A DNA stretch of 63,136 bases, filler included, from Candidatus Fermentibacterota bacterium (GCA_016928395.1; 8 parts of 8 records of this genome joined end to end with filler, not necessarily neighbours in it); one strand, 5' to 3'; counted from the whole stretch's first letter, positions 53,569-63,136 are shown. A program made the numbers and translations. Notes: generated from the sequence alone by a model not told the origin.

Positions 53569-55293
53569 ATGAGAATGGCGGCTTTGCCGATCTTGCTCGC
53601 ACTGCTCCCGGCCCTGGCCTCAGCCGAGATCCCGACGGTGATCAGCTACCAGTGCAAGGTGACAGACTCTTCAGGAAACCCGGTTCCCGATGGGAACTAC
53701 AACGTGTGGTTCCGTATCTACGATGCACCGAGCGGAGGCACGATGCTGTGGTCCAGCGGGACGCGCACGGTTGCGCTGGCAGGTGGTATCTTCAGCATCC
53801 TGTTGGGCGAGAGCCCTCAGCCGGCCATCACCCTCGACTTCAGCACTGACTACTGGCTTCTGGTGACGTTCAACGATGTGGAACAGAGCCCGCGTCAGCG
53901 GATGGCATCAGTCGGCTACGCCTACATGGCCAGCGGTCTGGTGCCGGGAACCCAGGTGAGCGGGGAGATCACGAGCTATCCGTACGCCGCTATCCAGGCC
54001 GTCAACGTGGCGACCACAGGCACGGCATACGGCCTGGCGGGTACAAGCTACTCGGCCGCCGGGCATGGCGTGTACGGGTTGGCGTTCGCCAATACGGGAA
54101 TGGTCTCCGGCGTGTATGGAGCAAGCGCCTCGAACCAGGGCAGAGGTGTCTGGGGAACGACGACGGCCACCATGGGCATAACCTGCGGGGTGCGGGGAGA
54201 GAGCTACTCGACCGCCGGGCGGGGAGTCCACGGACTCGCCGGCTCGGGCACGGGCTACACGTTCGGTGTCTATGGGGAGAGCGCCTCGCCAGACGGGACG
54301 GGAGTGCTGGGCTACGCGTCAGCCGCCACCGGCTACACATGCGGCGTCTCGGGGGAGAGCGCATCAACCGACGGCAAGGGCGTGCAGGGCAGGAGCCTTG
54401 CGACCGCGGGGAGCTCCTATGGGGTACGGGCTGAGAGCTACTCCACCGGAGGGAGAGGCGTATACGCGAGCGCATGGGCCGCCACCGGCGTCACCTCTGG
54501 TGTCTGGGGCGAGAGCTACTCGGCAGACGGCCGGGGGGTGCTCGGGTTCGCTTCCTCGCCGACAGGGTCCACCTATGGGGTCTACGGCTGGAGCAACTCA
54601 GTAGCCGGGCGGGGCGTATACGGATGGGCAGCCGCAGGTTCCGGCTCGACGTACGGGGTCTTTGGGACTGCCGATTCGCCCAACGGGACTGGGGTCTATG
54701 GCACAGGACAGTTCTGCGGTCTGTACGGTGAGAGCTCGGGTGGGGATGGCCTTCGGAGTTTCTCTAGTGCCGAGAACAAGTCAGGTGTGTTCGGGGTGAA
54801 CACTCTGACTGCCGGAGCGACCTACGGGGTCTATGGTCGGGCATACTCGCCGGCGGGTTACGCAGTCTACTACTCGGGCAATCTTGGCGGCACCGGCACC
54901 AAGTCGTGCGTGGTCAAGACTTCGAAGGGGCCGACGCTCCTCTATTGCCAGGAGAGCCCCGAGAACTGGTTCGAGGATGTCGGAAGGGCACGTCTGACTG
55001 CAGGGTCTGCGTTTGTCGAGCTGGACCCGGTGTATCTTGAGACAGTGACGATTGATGACGCACATCCCATGGAGGTCTTTGTCCAGCTCCGGGATGACTG
55101 CCGCGGGGTGTTCGTGAAGGCCGGGAGCTCGGGGTTTGACGTGAAGGAACTCCAAGGCGGGGCCAGCAACGCCGAGTTCTCGTATCGCGTGATGGCCAAG
55201 CGCAAAGGATTCGAAACAAGGCGCCTGGACGTGTGTGAGGCCGCACGAACCGATTCGTACCTGTATCCTGCGCTAAGGGAAGTGAGGAGATAG
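53569..55293 (+). CDS. Secreted GVxG-repeat fibre-like protein with chaperone-like tail domain
   Basis: AAAGGAG RBS, signal peptide, IPTVISYQ..TD..G.P domain, eight 26-aa repeats, KSCVV...LYCQESPENWFEDVG...FSYRVMAKRKG. Confidence 0.82.
   Translation: MRMAALPILLALLPALASAEIPTVISYQCKVTDSSGNPVPDGNYNVWFRIYDAPSGGTMLWSSGTRTVALAGGIFSILLGESPQPAITLDFSTDYWLLVTFNDVEQSPRQRMASVGYAYMASGLVPGTQVSGEITSYPYAAIQAVNVATTGTAYGLAGTSYSAAGHGVYGLAFANTGMVSGVYGASASNQGRGVWGTTTATMGITCGVRGESYSTAGRGVHGLAGSGTGYTFGVYGESASPDGTGVLGYASAATGYTCGVSGESASTDGKGVQGRSLATAGSSYGVRAESYSTGGRGVYASAWAATGVTSGVWGESYSADGRGVLGFASSPTGSTYGVYGWSNSVAGRGVYGWAAAGSGSTYGVFGTADSPNGTGVYGTGQFCGLYGESSGGDGLRSFSSAENKSGVFGVNTLTAGATYGVYGRAYSPAGYAVYYSGNLGGTGTKSCVVKTSKGPTLLYCQESPENWFEDVGRARLTAGSAFVELDPVYLETVTIDDAHPMEVFVQLRDDCRGVFVKAGSSGFDVKELQGGASNAEFSYRVMAKRKGFETRRLDVCEAARTDSYLYPALREVRR
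54067..54690 (+). repeat. Eight in-frame 78-bp (26-aa) repeats
   Basis: Unit GVxGx6(T/S)Gx3-GVxGxSxSxxGx, e.g. GVYGLAFANTGMVSGVYGASASNQGR and GVLGYASAATGYTCGVSGESASTDGK. Confidence 0.85.
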
Positions 55294-55429
55294 GAGTGAG
55301 GCGGCGGGCCGCGGCGGGTCGCGAGGGCGACGACGAGTAGAGGCATCGTGGGAAGAGACGGGCCTCACCGCACGGTCACGGGGCCTCGTCAAGGTAGGGC
55401 ATCACCAGACTTCAGCTGCGGAGGTTGAC

Positions 55430-55513
55430 ATGGAAGGTCTGCAACCTCGCGCCCGAAGGGCGTGTCGCGTGATCCTCTGGGCTGCCCGGATCATCAGCGC
55501 GATTCTCGTCGCA
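55430..55513 (+). CDS. Start of a probable membrane protein (truncated by gap)
   Basis: GGAGG RBS then MEGLQPRARRACRVILWAARIISAILVA. Confidence 0.45.
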
Positions 55514-55613
55514 NNNNNNNNNNNNNNNNNNNNNNNNNNNNNNNNNNNNNNNNNNNNTTAATTAATTAANNNNNNNNNNNNNNNNNNNNNNNNNNNNNNN
55601 NNNNNNNNNNNNN
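55514..55613. other. Artificial contig spacer
   Basis: N-run with TTAATTAATTAA. Confidence 0.99.
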
Positions 55614-55774
55614 ACATCACGGGTTCGGGGCGGCGACGCAGCTCGGGGCCGGCAGGCGGCAGGCCAGACACGGCGGCGGCGGCCAACTGAGCCAGGGCAG
55701 GCTCGGCACATCGACTCTCGGCCTCCCGGCCCGTAGGAGGCGACACTCGTTCCTCGGTCGCTTATGATGGCCGC

Positions 55775-56992
55775 GTGCTACCTTACGAACGCCCGCTGCG
55801 CATTTCGGCCTTGCTGGTCCTGGGCGGGCTACTGGTGTCGGCCAATGGCTGCGGCCCCGGGTGCATGAGCAAGGAGAGAAAGCAGGCGATGCTGACGATG
55901 GTTCCCGAGAAACCACGGTTTCTGGCGTTCATGCTTCGATCATATACTGGCAGTCGGCAGCATCTCATCGTGGCCGCGGCCAAGATGCTGCTCGAAAGCA
56001 GGATCGGTGGCGACCCCGCGAAACACGAGCTGGATGACTACATCTACATCCTGGAGGCCAAGCAAGGGCTTCCAGGGCACTTCCTCTCCGCGGCCTCGTA
56101 CTACACCCGAGCATTCATTCAGGAAGCGCTGGCGGCGGCGGCCGAGGTAGAGCGCAGGCTGGAGGATCCCACCAGGCCCGGCGCGCGGGAGACCATCCGC
56201 ATCGACTTGGTCTGGGTCCAAGGGCTGGAGCTGCACGGCCCTCCCATAACCCTCCCGCACCCCGACTTGATGTCAAACGGCAACTGGGCTCACGCCTGGC
56301 GCCAGGTGGTCGGCGGTCACTGGGAGGAGATCTTTGGAAACCCCGAGGCCTGGCGGAAGATCACCGACAAGATCGAATCATCCGAAGACAGACAGAACCA
56401 AATCGCCGACGTGACGACGAAACTGATCGAGAGCACCTGGCTACTCCGGAAGAGTGCCTCGGAGAATCAGTGGGGGGAATACGCGCACGACCTGGCGGAT
56501 GCGCTAGCCGCCTTGGGAGATGCGAGCGCGTCGGCGGGGATCGAACGCGAGCTAGATGCGAAGCATCCCAGGGTTCCCATCGATCCGACGATTGCGCAGG
56601 AGATGGACCGCATGGAGCCCGCAGACTGGTCCGAGGCCGCTTCCGCCGAGAATCGTGCAACGGTCAAGCGCTCCCGTGAGGCGATGCAGATTCGAATGGG
56701 TGTCAGGTTCGTTCGGGCGTTGCCATTCAAGGTAGCAGCGGGCGCGAAGAACCCCGCGTTGTCCTGGGCCGCGGCGGTCCAGGGCGCGTGTCGCGAGGCG
56801 AAGCTGAACCTGGGAATGGTCGTAGTGACAGGAATGGATGAGAAGGAGACACATGCAATCGCCCTGGGCGAACCGGCGTTGGAGATGCCCGCGGGAGTGG
56901 AGCTACTCGACGCCAAGACCCTGGACGAACCTGAGTGGAGGAGAGATGAACGCGTCCGCGCCTTCCTACGCACTGGAGAGCTATTCCACTAG
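55775..56992 (+). CDS. Hypothetical lipoprotein
   Basis: 405-aa ORF with hydrophobic N-terminus ending LVSANGC; no recognisable family. Confidence 0.6.
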   Translation: MLPYERPLRISALLVLGGLLVSANGCGPGCMSKERKQAMLTMVPEKPRFLAFMLRSYTGSRQHLIVAAAKMLLESRIGGDPAKHELDDYIYILEAKQGLPGHFLSAASYYTRAFIQEALAAAAEVERRLEDPTRPGARETIRIDLVWVQGLELHGPPITLPHPDLMSNGNWAHAWRQVVGGHWEEIFGNPEAWRKITDKIESSEDRQNQIADVTTKLIESTWLLRKSASENQWGEYAHDLADALAALGDASASAGIERELDAKHPRVPIDPTIAQEMDRMEPADWSEAASAENRATVKRSREAMQIRMGVRFVRALPFKVAAGAKNPALSWAAAVQGACREAKLNLGMVVVTGMDEKETHAIALGEPALEMPAGVELLDAKTLDEPEWRRDERVRAFLRTGELFH

Positions 56993-57820
56993 GAAGCGCG
57001 GCACGATCGTCTTGAAGCGACCCTTCCAGTTCCACCCGGCGTTGCCGGCGTCCTTCACCTTGGAATAGGGGGCGTCGGGAAGCGATTGGTTCGGCTCAGG
57101 TCCTTCGATCCTGTCCCCGACATCGAGATCCACGTCCTTCTCCTTGACCTCTATCCTCTCCTTGCCACGCACAAAGTTCAGCAGGCAAATGTGTCCCTTG
57201 GCGCCCTTGCGGGTCATCTCGCGAAAGGCCTTGTAGTTGGCGAACCCTTGCTTGCGCGCCGCCTGCCAGCAGGCCTCCTTCTCCGGCATTTCCCAGGCCG
57301 TGGGCATCCCGGAGCCGAAGTGCTCCTCCCATAGCTGCTTGCGCAGGTCCCTCACCTTTTCGATGCACGCCTTCTGCTTCTTCAGCATGGGCCAGATCGA
57401 CGCGCAGATCTCGCTGTCACCATCGCCCATCAAGCCGCGATCGTTGAGGTTGCAGCTACCCAGGATCACGTAACGATCGTCGACGATCATCAGCTTGGTA
57501 TGCACGTAGATCATGTAGCGCTGGTGCCGAGCCAGCATCTGGTGGCGTATCCATTTCTTGTCCTTGCTGCCGCCCAGCTCCTCGGGGCGCAACCACTGGC
57601 TTGGGTGCACCTCGCTCCAGTTGGCGAGGAAGTAGAACGATAGGTATCGCTCCCAACCGTCGCCGAGAGTGCGAATCATGTACTCGATCGTCGCGGCCTC
57701 GCACGCACGCAGCTCTTTCATTGGGGCCGAGCCTGGGTCTCCTTCGGGGAAGAGCGGCATGAGGATGTAGACGTGGAAGTCCTTGCCGGCGGCCCTACGT
57801 TCCTTGATCTTACGGCCAGT
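56981..57820 (-). pseudogene. C-terminal half of a eukaryote/plant-like phospholipase D, 5'-truncated next to an IS remnant
   Basis: KIKERRAAGKDFHVYILMPLFPEGDP, YLSFYFLAN, RYMIYVHTKLMIVDD..ILGSCNLNDR..GDSEI, LRKQLWEEHFG; only one HKD; in-frame TGA at 57821-57823. Confidence 0.75.
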
Positions 57821-57829
57821 TCAACATCC

Positions 57830-58132
57830 CAGCGGGCATCGCCACTCGTATGCGGAGCGCTTTGTGAAGACGATCAGGCACGAGGCGTTGAACCATTTCG
57901 TGTTCTTCGGGGAACGGCATCTGCGCTACGTCTTGAAGGAATTCATGGCGCACTACCATGCCGAGCGGTTCCATCAGGGGTTGGGTGGGCAGTTGATCGA
58001 GAGGCCGGATGGCTCGGCGAACAAGAATGAGGCGAAGGGCAAGGTCGTCTGCCGGTCGCGCCTTGGCGGAATGCTCAACTTCTGCCATCGTGAGGCCGCT
58101 TGAGGGTCGACGATGATTTCTCGGACACCACG
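57830..58132 (+). mobile_element. Transposase/integrase-core C-terminal remnant (rve-type IS)
   Basis: AERFVKTIRHEAL...ERHLRYVLKEFMAHYHAERFHQGLG...CRSRLGGML...AA*; N-terminal part absent. Confidence 0.8.
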
Positions 58133-58294
58133 GGATGGAGAAGGTAGCCAACACGGGTGACGATCGGTCTTCAGCACACGACGGTCGCGCAAGCGGCTTC
58201 CTCCATGGCGGCTTATGCCGAGCTCGGCATAGGCCGCGGTTTCCAGAGGTTGTTTCCACTATGCACCCTCGCGAGGGTAACTTCCCCTCCGGGA

Positions 58295-59875
58295 TCAGAA
58301 TCCGTAGACCGTCACGGGTACCGGACTGCTCTCGGCGTAGATGGTGCCGAGTTGGCCGCGGGAGCCATACCCCCAGCAACGCAGCTCGCCTGTGATGAGC
58401 ACGGCGCAGCTATGCATGTTGCCAGCGGCGATGGTATTTGCACCGACAACCACATCTGACGAAGGCGGGGCATTTCGTGGAGTATGGGTACCGTCCCCGA
58501 GCTGACCATAGGAGTTGTCGCCCCAGCAGCGGATCCCGCCGCTCTCCATCAACGCGCATGTATGCCCTGTTCCCGCGGCAACCGACTTCACTCCAACAAG
58601 CAAATCGCTTTCGAGCGGCCTCGACCGGTCCTCTTTCGTACCATCCCCAAGCTGACTAGATGCGCCCCAACAGCGGAGACCACCGCTCGTAGTCACGGCG
58701 CAGGTATGGTGGCTGCCTACGGCGATAGACCGGACGTCATTGAGCACGTCGGTTTCCGGTGGGATGGCGCGATCGCTCGTGGTCCCGTCCCCAAGCTGAC
58801 CAGAGGAGTTGTGTCCCCAGCAGCGAACTCCGCCGCTGGCCATCAATGCGCAAGTGTGTTCACCGCCAACGTCAACAGACCGTACGCCGGAGAGGACATC
58901 GAAGTCGGGCGGACTCCATCGGTTGTTGGTCGTGCCGTCTCCGAGCTGTCCATACTCGTTGATCCCCCAACAGCGAAGGCTGCCGGTCTTCATCACGACG
59001 CAAGTCTGAGACCGACTGGCGGCAATGGCCTCAACGCCACTCAATAGGTCGGTTTCCAGAGGTTCATCAGTGCCAACGCCGCTGCCGAAGTCGCCCCCCC
59101 AGCAACGGACTGCGCCACTTTCCATCAACGCGCAGGTGTGACTATATCCGACAGCAACTGCATTCGCACCAGTGAGCACATCTCCACCAGATGGAGTCAA
59201 CCGATGCCCTCCTGTGCCATACCCGAGTTTCCCAGCGGTGCGGTCTCCCCAACAGCGCAGACCGCCGGTCGTAAGCACGGCACAGGTGTGGACGGAGCCG
59301 GTCGCTACGCTCCTCGCTGCCAGCTTTTCACCGGCAGCATTCATGCCCCCATCAACTGGTCCTGCGCTCCATCCCTGAAACACAAACAGCCGCTGGCTCT
59401 GGCCTGATGAGATGAAGGACGTGGGATAGCTCTTCAAGCCCGGCCGATAGACAGAGATCCTGCCGGTCATGGTGGCCTTGTCGAGTTCGTAGATGCCGTA
59501 GACCGGTTCGCCGATGGCCTCGGGGTGATTCCCACCCGTGATGGTTGTCTTGATCTGATGGGGCACAACCGTTTCGTCGCAAGTAGCGGTCATGATGAGT
59601 ACCTCGGGATCCCAACCGGAGCGCGCCACCTCCAGAGCCACTTGCTGGACAGAGATGACCATTGACGCTGGCCCCAACAGGGTCCCGAGGGAATCGACTT
59701 CGCTGCCGATCCACGTTCCCTCCCAGTCCTGGCAAGAGCCTTCGGTAGAAGAGCTTCCGCCACCACCAGAGCGACCTCCGTCCGCGTTGGGAGAGCCGCC
59801 TCCACACCCAAGAAGTGCCGTGCTTCCAACGAGCAGCACCGCCGCACCAAGAGCCGTTCGCCGAGATAGTCCCAT
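58295..59875 (-). CDS. RCC1-repeat lipoprotein
   Basis: Lipobox LLGC after MGLSRR; seven HTC/HSC/QTC...G..RCWG(.N..GQLG) repeats. Confidence 0.9.
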   Translation of the reverse strand: MGLSRRTALGAAVLLVGSTALLGCGGGSPNADGGRSGGGGSSSTEGSCQDWEGTWIGSEVDSLGTLLGPASMVISVQQVALEVARSGWDPEVLIMTATCDETVVPHQIKTTITGGNHPEAIGEPVYGIYELDKATMTGRISVYRPGLKSYPTSFISSGQSQRLFVFQGWSAGPVDGGMNAAGEKLAARSVATGSVHTCAVLTTGGLRCWGDRTAGKLGYGTGGHRLTPSGGDVLTGANAVAVGYSHTCALMESGAVRCWGGDFGSGVGTDEPLETDLLSGVEAIAASRSQTCVVMKTGSLRCWGINEYGQLGDGTTNNRWSPPDFDVLSGVRSVDVGGEHTCALMASGGVRCWGHNSSGQLGDGTTSDRAIPPETDVLNDVRSIAVGSHHTCAVTTSGGLRCWGASSQLGDGTKEDRSRPLESDLLVGVKSVAAGTGHTCALMESGGIRCWGDNSYGQLGDGTHTPRNAPPSSDVVVGANTIAAGNMHSCAVLITGELRCWGYGSRGQLGTIYAESSPVPVTVYGF

Positions 59876-59996
59876 CCGTTTCCTCCTGCTGGTCTTCGAT
59901 CTCGACCTATCAGATCCGTGCGTTTCTTGGAAGAGCGTCCCGTAGGGACCGGATGGCTCGGTATTGGTATTGGGGTGTGGGCTGCGGCTCGGGTGG

Positions 59997-60082
59997 GTCG
60001 AGTAGCCAGGGGAGGTTACCCTCCCCCAGCTCTCACAGAACCGGACTTGTGGGCCTCACATCCGGCTCTTCGGGACGTTGGC
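59997..60082 (-). mobile_element. Group II intron 3' end (domains V and VI)
   Basis: Minus strand GAGCCGGATGTGAGGCCCACAAGTCCGGTTC (DV with AGC triad) then TGTGAGAGCTGGGGGAGGGTAACCTCCCCTGGCTACTCGAC (DVI, AC end); the rest lies in the gap. Confidence 0.85.
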
Positions 60083-60182
60083 NNNNNNNNNNNNNNNNNN
60101 NNNNNNNNNNNNNNNNNNNNNNNNNNTTAATTAATTAANNNNNNNNNNNNNNNNNNNNNNNNNNNNNNNNNNNNNNNNNNNN
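60083..60182. other. Artificial contig spacer
   Basis: N-run with TTAATTAATTAA. Confidence 0.99.
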
Positions 60183-60400
60183 GAGCAACTCCCGGAGCCT
60201 ACTGACCGGGTGACGCATGATGCAGCTGAAGAGGTCACGCAGGTAACGCCACGGCTCACGGTCCACGCGGCGACAGGATTCTACCAGACTCGGGTACAGT
60301 GCGGTGACCCGCCCACCTCGCGGGCTCCCCGCAAACAGCCAGTTCTTCCTGCCCAGCGCCAACGGCCGGATCGCCTTCTCGGCCGTGTTGTTGTTGACAG
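60183..60400 (-). mobile_element. IS66-family transposase (TnpC) C-terminal remnant
   Basis: NNNTAEKAIRPLALGRKNWLFAGS..GG...SLVESCR...EPWRYLRD...RLRELL. Confidence 0.88.
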
Positions 60401-60413
60401 CATGCGGAAACCG

Positions 60414-62116
60414 TCACAGTTCCACCCGCTTGAGTAGTTGGGCGTTGATCGCCACGACTACCGTGCTCGCCGACATCAGGACCGCGCCCGCGCCGATCGC
60501 AATCCCGATATCGGCGGTGGCCAAGGCGGGGGCATCGTTTACCCCATCGCCCACCATCGCCACCTTCTTCCCGTGTGATTGCAGCTCGCGCACCTTCGAG
60601 GCCTTATCCTCCGGGAGAACCTGGGCGAACACGGTGTCGATGCCCAACTCAGTAGCCACGGCATCCGCCACCGCCTGTGCGTCTCCTGAGAGCATCGCGA
60701 CCTCGATACCGCCTTCGTGGAGGGCGCGGATCGCCTCACGACTTTCTTCCCGGATGGCGTCGGCCACCGCGAAGACCGCCATCGCCTTGCCGTCCCGAAG
60801 CAAATAGATGGCGGCCTGCCCCCGGGCGGCGGCCTCCTCGGCTGCCGTCTGAAGCGCGTCCGATATCTGCGCGTTCTCTTCCTTCAGCAGCGCCGGCCCG
60901 CCGATGTGATACTCCGCCCCGCCGACCGAAGCGGCAACACCCTTTCCAGTGAGCGCACGGAATCCATCCGCGGCAGGCACGGCGAGCTTCCGGGTGTTCA
61001 AGTTCCGAGCCTCTTCCAGTCCACGCCTGTCTCGCACAAGCAGACCGTTCTTGGCGCCCAGCGTCGTCGAGATGGCGACAACCAATGGCACCGCCAGCCC
61101 GAGTGCGTGCGGACAGGCGATGACCAGCCCGGTCACGACCCGAACGATGGAGAAATCGATGTTCGCGCCCAGCAACTGCCAGACGATGAGGGTGAGCATA
61201 CCGGACAGAATGGCAGCTCCTGTCAGGATCTGCGCCGCACGGTCGGCCAGGTGTTGCGCCCTCGACTTGGACTTCTGGGCGTCGGCCACCAGCCGCATGA
61301 TGCCGGACAGCCTGGTCTTGTCCCCGGTGCCCGTGATCTCCACGCGAAGTGAGCCCTCGCCGTTGATGGTCGCGGCGATGACCTCGTCGCCCTCCTTTTT
61401 CTTCACCGGCCTCGACTCCCCCGTGAGCATCGCCTCGTTGAGGGCGCTCTCCCCCTTGCGGACGAGCCCATCCGCCGGGACACGTTCGCCTGGGCGGACC
61501 AGCACCACGTCGCCCTCGTGCAGCGTGCTGACGGGTACGGTCTCCTCGATCTCCCCCGTGATGCGAGTTGCCGTGTCCGGGAGGAGCTTCGCCAACTCCT
61601 GAAGCGCGCCTTGGGCCTGCAAGATCGAGCGCATCTCGATCCAGTGACCAAGCAGCATGACGGTCACCAGGGTGGCCAGTTCCCACCAGAGCGCGCCCGC
61701 TTCAATGAACCCGAACTGCACCACCCAGGAGAAGATGAAGGCCACGAAATGGCCAGGGAGATCAGGGTCATCATCCCTGGCAGCCGAGCCCTCAGTTCCC
61801 GCCACGCTCCCTGCAGGAAGACCAGGCCGCCGTAGAGGAAGATGACAGTCGCGAGAACCGGAGGGATCCAGGACGACCCCGAGGACTCGGGTGCCCGGTA
61901 GCCCAGCAGTTCCTCGATGTGTGCCGACCAGAAGACCACTGGAAGGGTGAGGGCGAACGAAAGCCAGAACTTGTCCCGAAACATCTTCGGGCTGTGGCCC
62001 CCGTGTTGATCGTGGCCTTTGTGGTCCTCGGAATCCTTCCCGGCTTCCCCATGCAGTCCATCGTCGGCGCGCGGCTCGGTTACGTGGCCGTGATGGTGAG
62101 ATGTGACCTTGTTCAT
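60414..62116 (-). pseudogene. copB: Copper P1B-type ATPase (CopB-like), frameshifted and internally deleted
   Basis: His-rich N-terminus, PGMMTLISLAI, LLGHWIEM, TGES, CPHALGLA, GDGVNDAP; frameshift near 61746; DKTGT and HP motifs missing; late TM region missing. Confidence 0.85.
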
Positions 62117-62274
62117 CAAGGCACTCCTTTGGTCATGAGTGACACCTTCACTCAGGCCGAAACGGTGATCCCACGCGTCCGACCAACTAGTCACCTGCTG
62201 CAATCGGCAGATGTGATAGGCTGCGGGAATTGTACCCTATCACCACTCGATGGTTCGCACGCGTCGTGGGTTCC

Positions 62275-62355
62275 TCACAGGTCATCGGCAGGACTTCGCA
62301 CACCGCGCCCTCCCTGTTTCAGCACATGCGTGTAGATCATGGTCGTGCGGATGCC
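62275..62355 (-). pseudogene. Integron integrase (IntI) extreme C-terminal remnant
   Basis: My translation GIRTTMIYTHVLKQGGRGVRSPADDL* resembles the IntI terminus TTMIYTHVLNRGGRGVRSPLD; preceded in frame by TAA. Confidence 0.75.
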
Positions 62356-63136
62356 TTACTCCTCTCGAAGGGGCCTGGCAAGCCAGCGAGCCCCAGGTGT
62401 AGGACCCCAGTATCCGCTAGCGCTGGGCCAAGGCTTGACCTGTGATGGCCGTCTTCAGATTGAGCGCGCGGATCCAGTCGGGACTCTCGGGCAGGGCACT
62501 GAGCCACAAGGCGTCTCCGGGCAGACAGAATGGATCGAAACCGGGCCGAAAACAGGAGCGGATGGCACTATTCTAATACGAGAGTAGTGGACAGTATCGG
62601 CCTGCGTGCCGGATTCGTGACATGAGCCGACCGATCCATGGGCGGGTGCCGGGGATCGTCGCGGCAGGCAAGACTGAAGGTTGTGCGATCCGATCGTATC
62701 CATCACGGCCCCTGGTGAAGGTCTCTCTCGGAACTGAGTAGGCTTCAAGGAAGCCGCTACCTCATGCACGGTCAAGCACTTCGAGTGCGAGGAATGCCTT
62801 TCCGCGACAAGCCCATGAGAACCTCTGGTGCGCGAATCGAGGAGTGGTAAGCTCTGATTCCCTGGCCGTGCCTAGACCGTAACACTCATGCGGCTCGACC
62901 CCGCCATCCAAATCCCATAATGCAGTACTGACACTGGTCACCTCTTGGAACAACGTAGCTCCGCAAAGCGAGTACGCGATCACGCGAATGTCCTATACCG
63001 CGACGAACGTGCCCCGTAGTTCTGCGTGCAGCGGGCGGTGCCTGGCCAAATATGCCCTCAACGCCTCTATGCTTCGCTCAGTGTGCTGTTGGCGATTGCG
63101 ACCGTACTTCTGCGCGACACCTTGTTCGGTGACAAA

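Noticed and set aside
54067-54690. Diversity-generating retroelement TR/VR pair
   Set aside because: The repeats are in-frame protein repeats differing at all bases, not adenine-specific, and no reverse transcriptase gene is on the contig.
62762-63136. Minus-strand reading frame interrupted by TAG near 62993, with AYSLCG resembling a hydrolase elbow; possible stop read-through
   Set aside because: No recognisable family, and TAG is used as a normal stop elsewhere in the window; more likely decayed sequence.

Overview
GC-rich bacterial sequence. It is not contiguous: seven 100-nt N-spacers, each containing TTAATTAATTAA, join eight contigs (1-25040, 25141-28376, 28477-33406, 33507-47929, 48030-52596, 52697-55513, 55614-60082, 60183-63136), so gene neighbourhoods mean something only within a contig. 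Outer-membrane barrels, a secretin and a T9SS-like C-terminal domain point to a diderm, possibly FCB-group, metagenome bin (inference). Contig 1 is housekeeping: a DUF512 Fe-S protein, tRNA-Lys, rfbD/rfbA, alaS, recX, recA, thpR, cinA, pgpA, recR, ybaB, dnaX, a large-type SRP RNA, tRNA-Ala, a pilMNOPQ-like operon and two secreted paralogues. Contig 3 holds the most interesting locus, a SynChlorMet-like RiPP cassette: PqqD/RRE protein, radical SAM/SPASM enzyme, HprK-like ScmC, a divergent ABC exporter, and a small ORF that looks like the precursor peptide (YxxPxL leader, GG, periodic CxxGxxA core). Contig 4 has AmgK/MurU-like genes, a stand-alone MshEN protein next to a HEAT+J-domain protein, split coaB/coaC, an M42 peptidase and SppA. 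Later contigs hold a cyclase-STAND-TPR protein, GVxG-repeat fibre-like proteins, and decayed mobile DNA: an IS-truncated plant-like phospholipase D, a group II intron 3' end, IS66 and integron-integrase remnants, and a broken CopB. A dispersed GTAG-REP/REPIN-like element and heptamer arrays occur in three intergenic regions. No CRISPR array or rRNA was seen. All family assignments come from motif recognition by eye; no searches were run.
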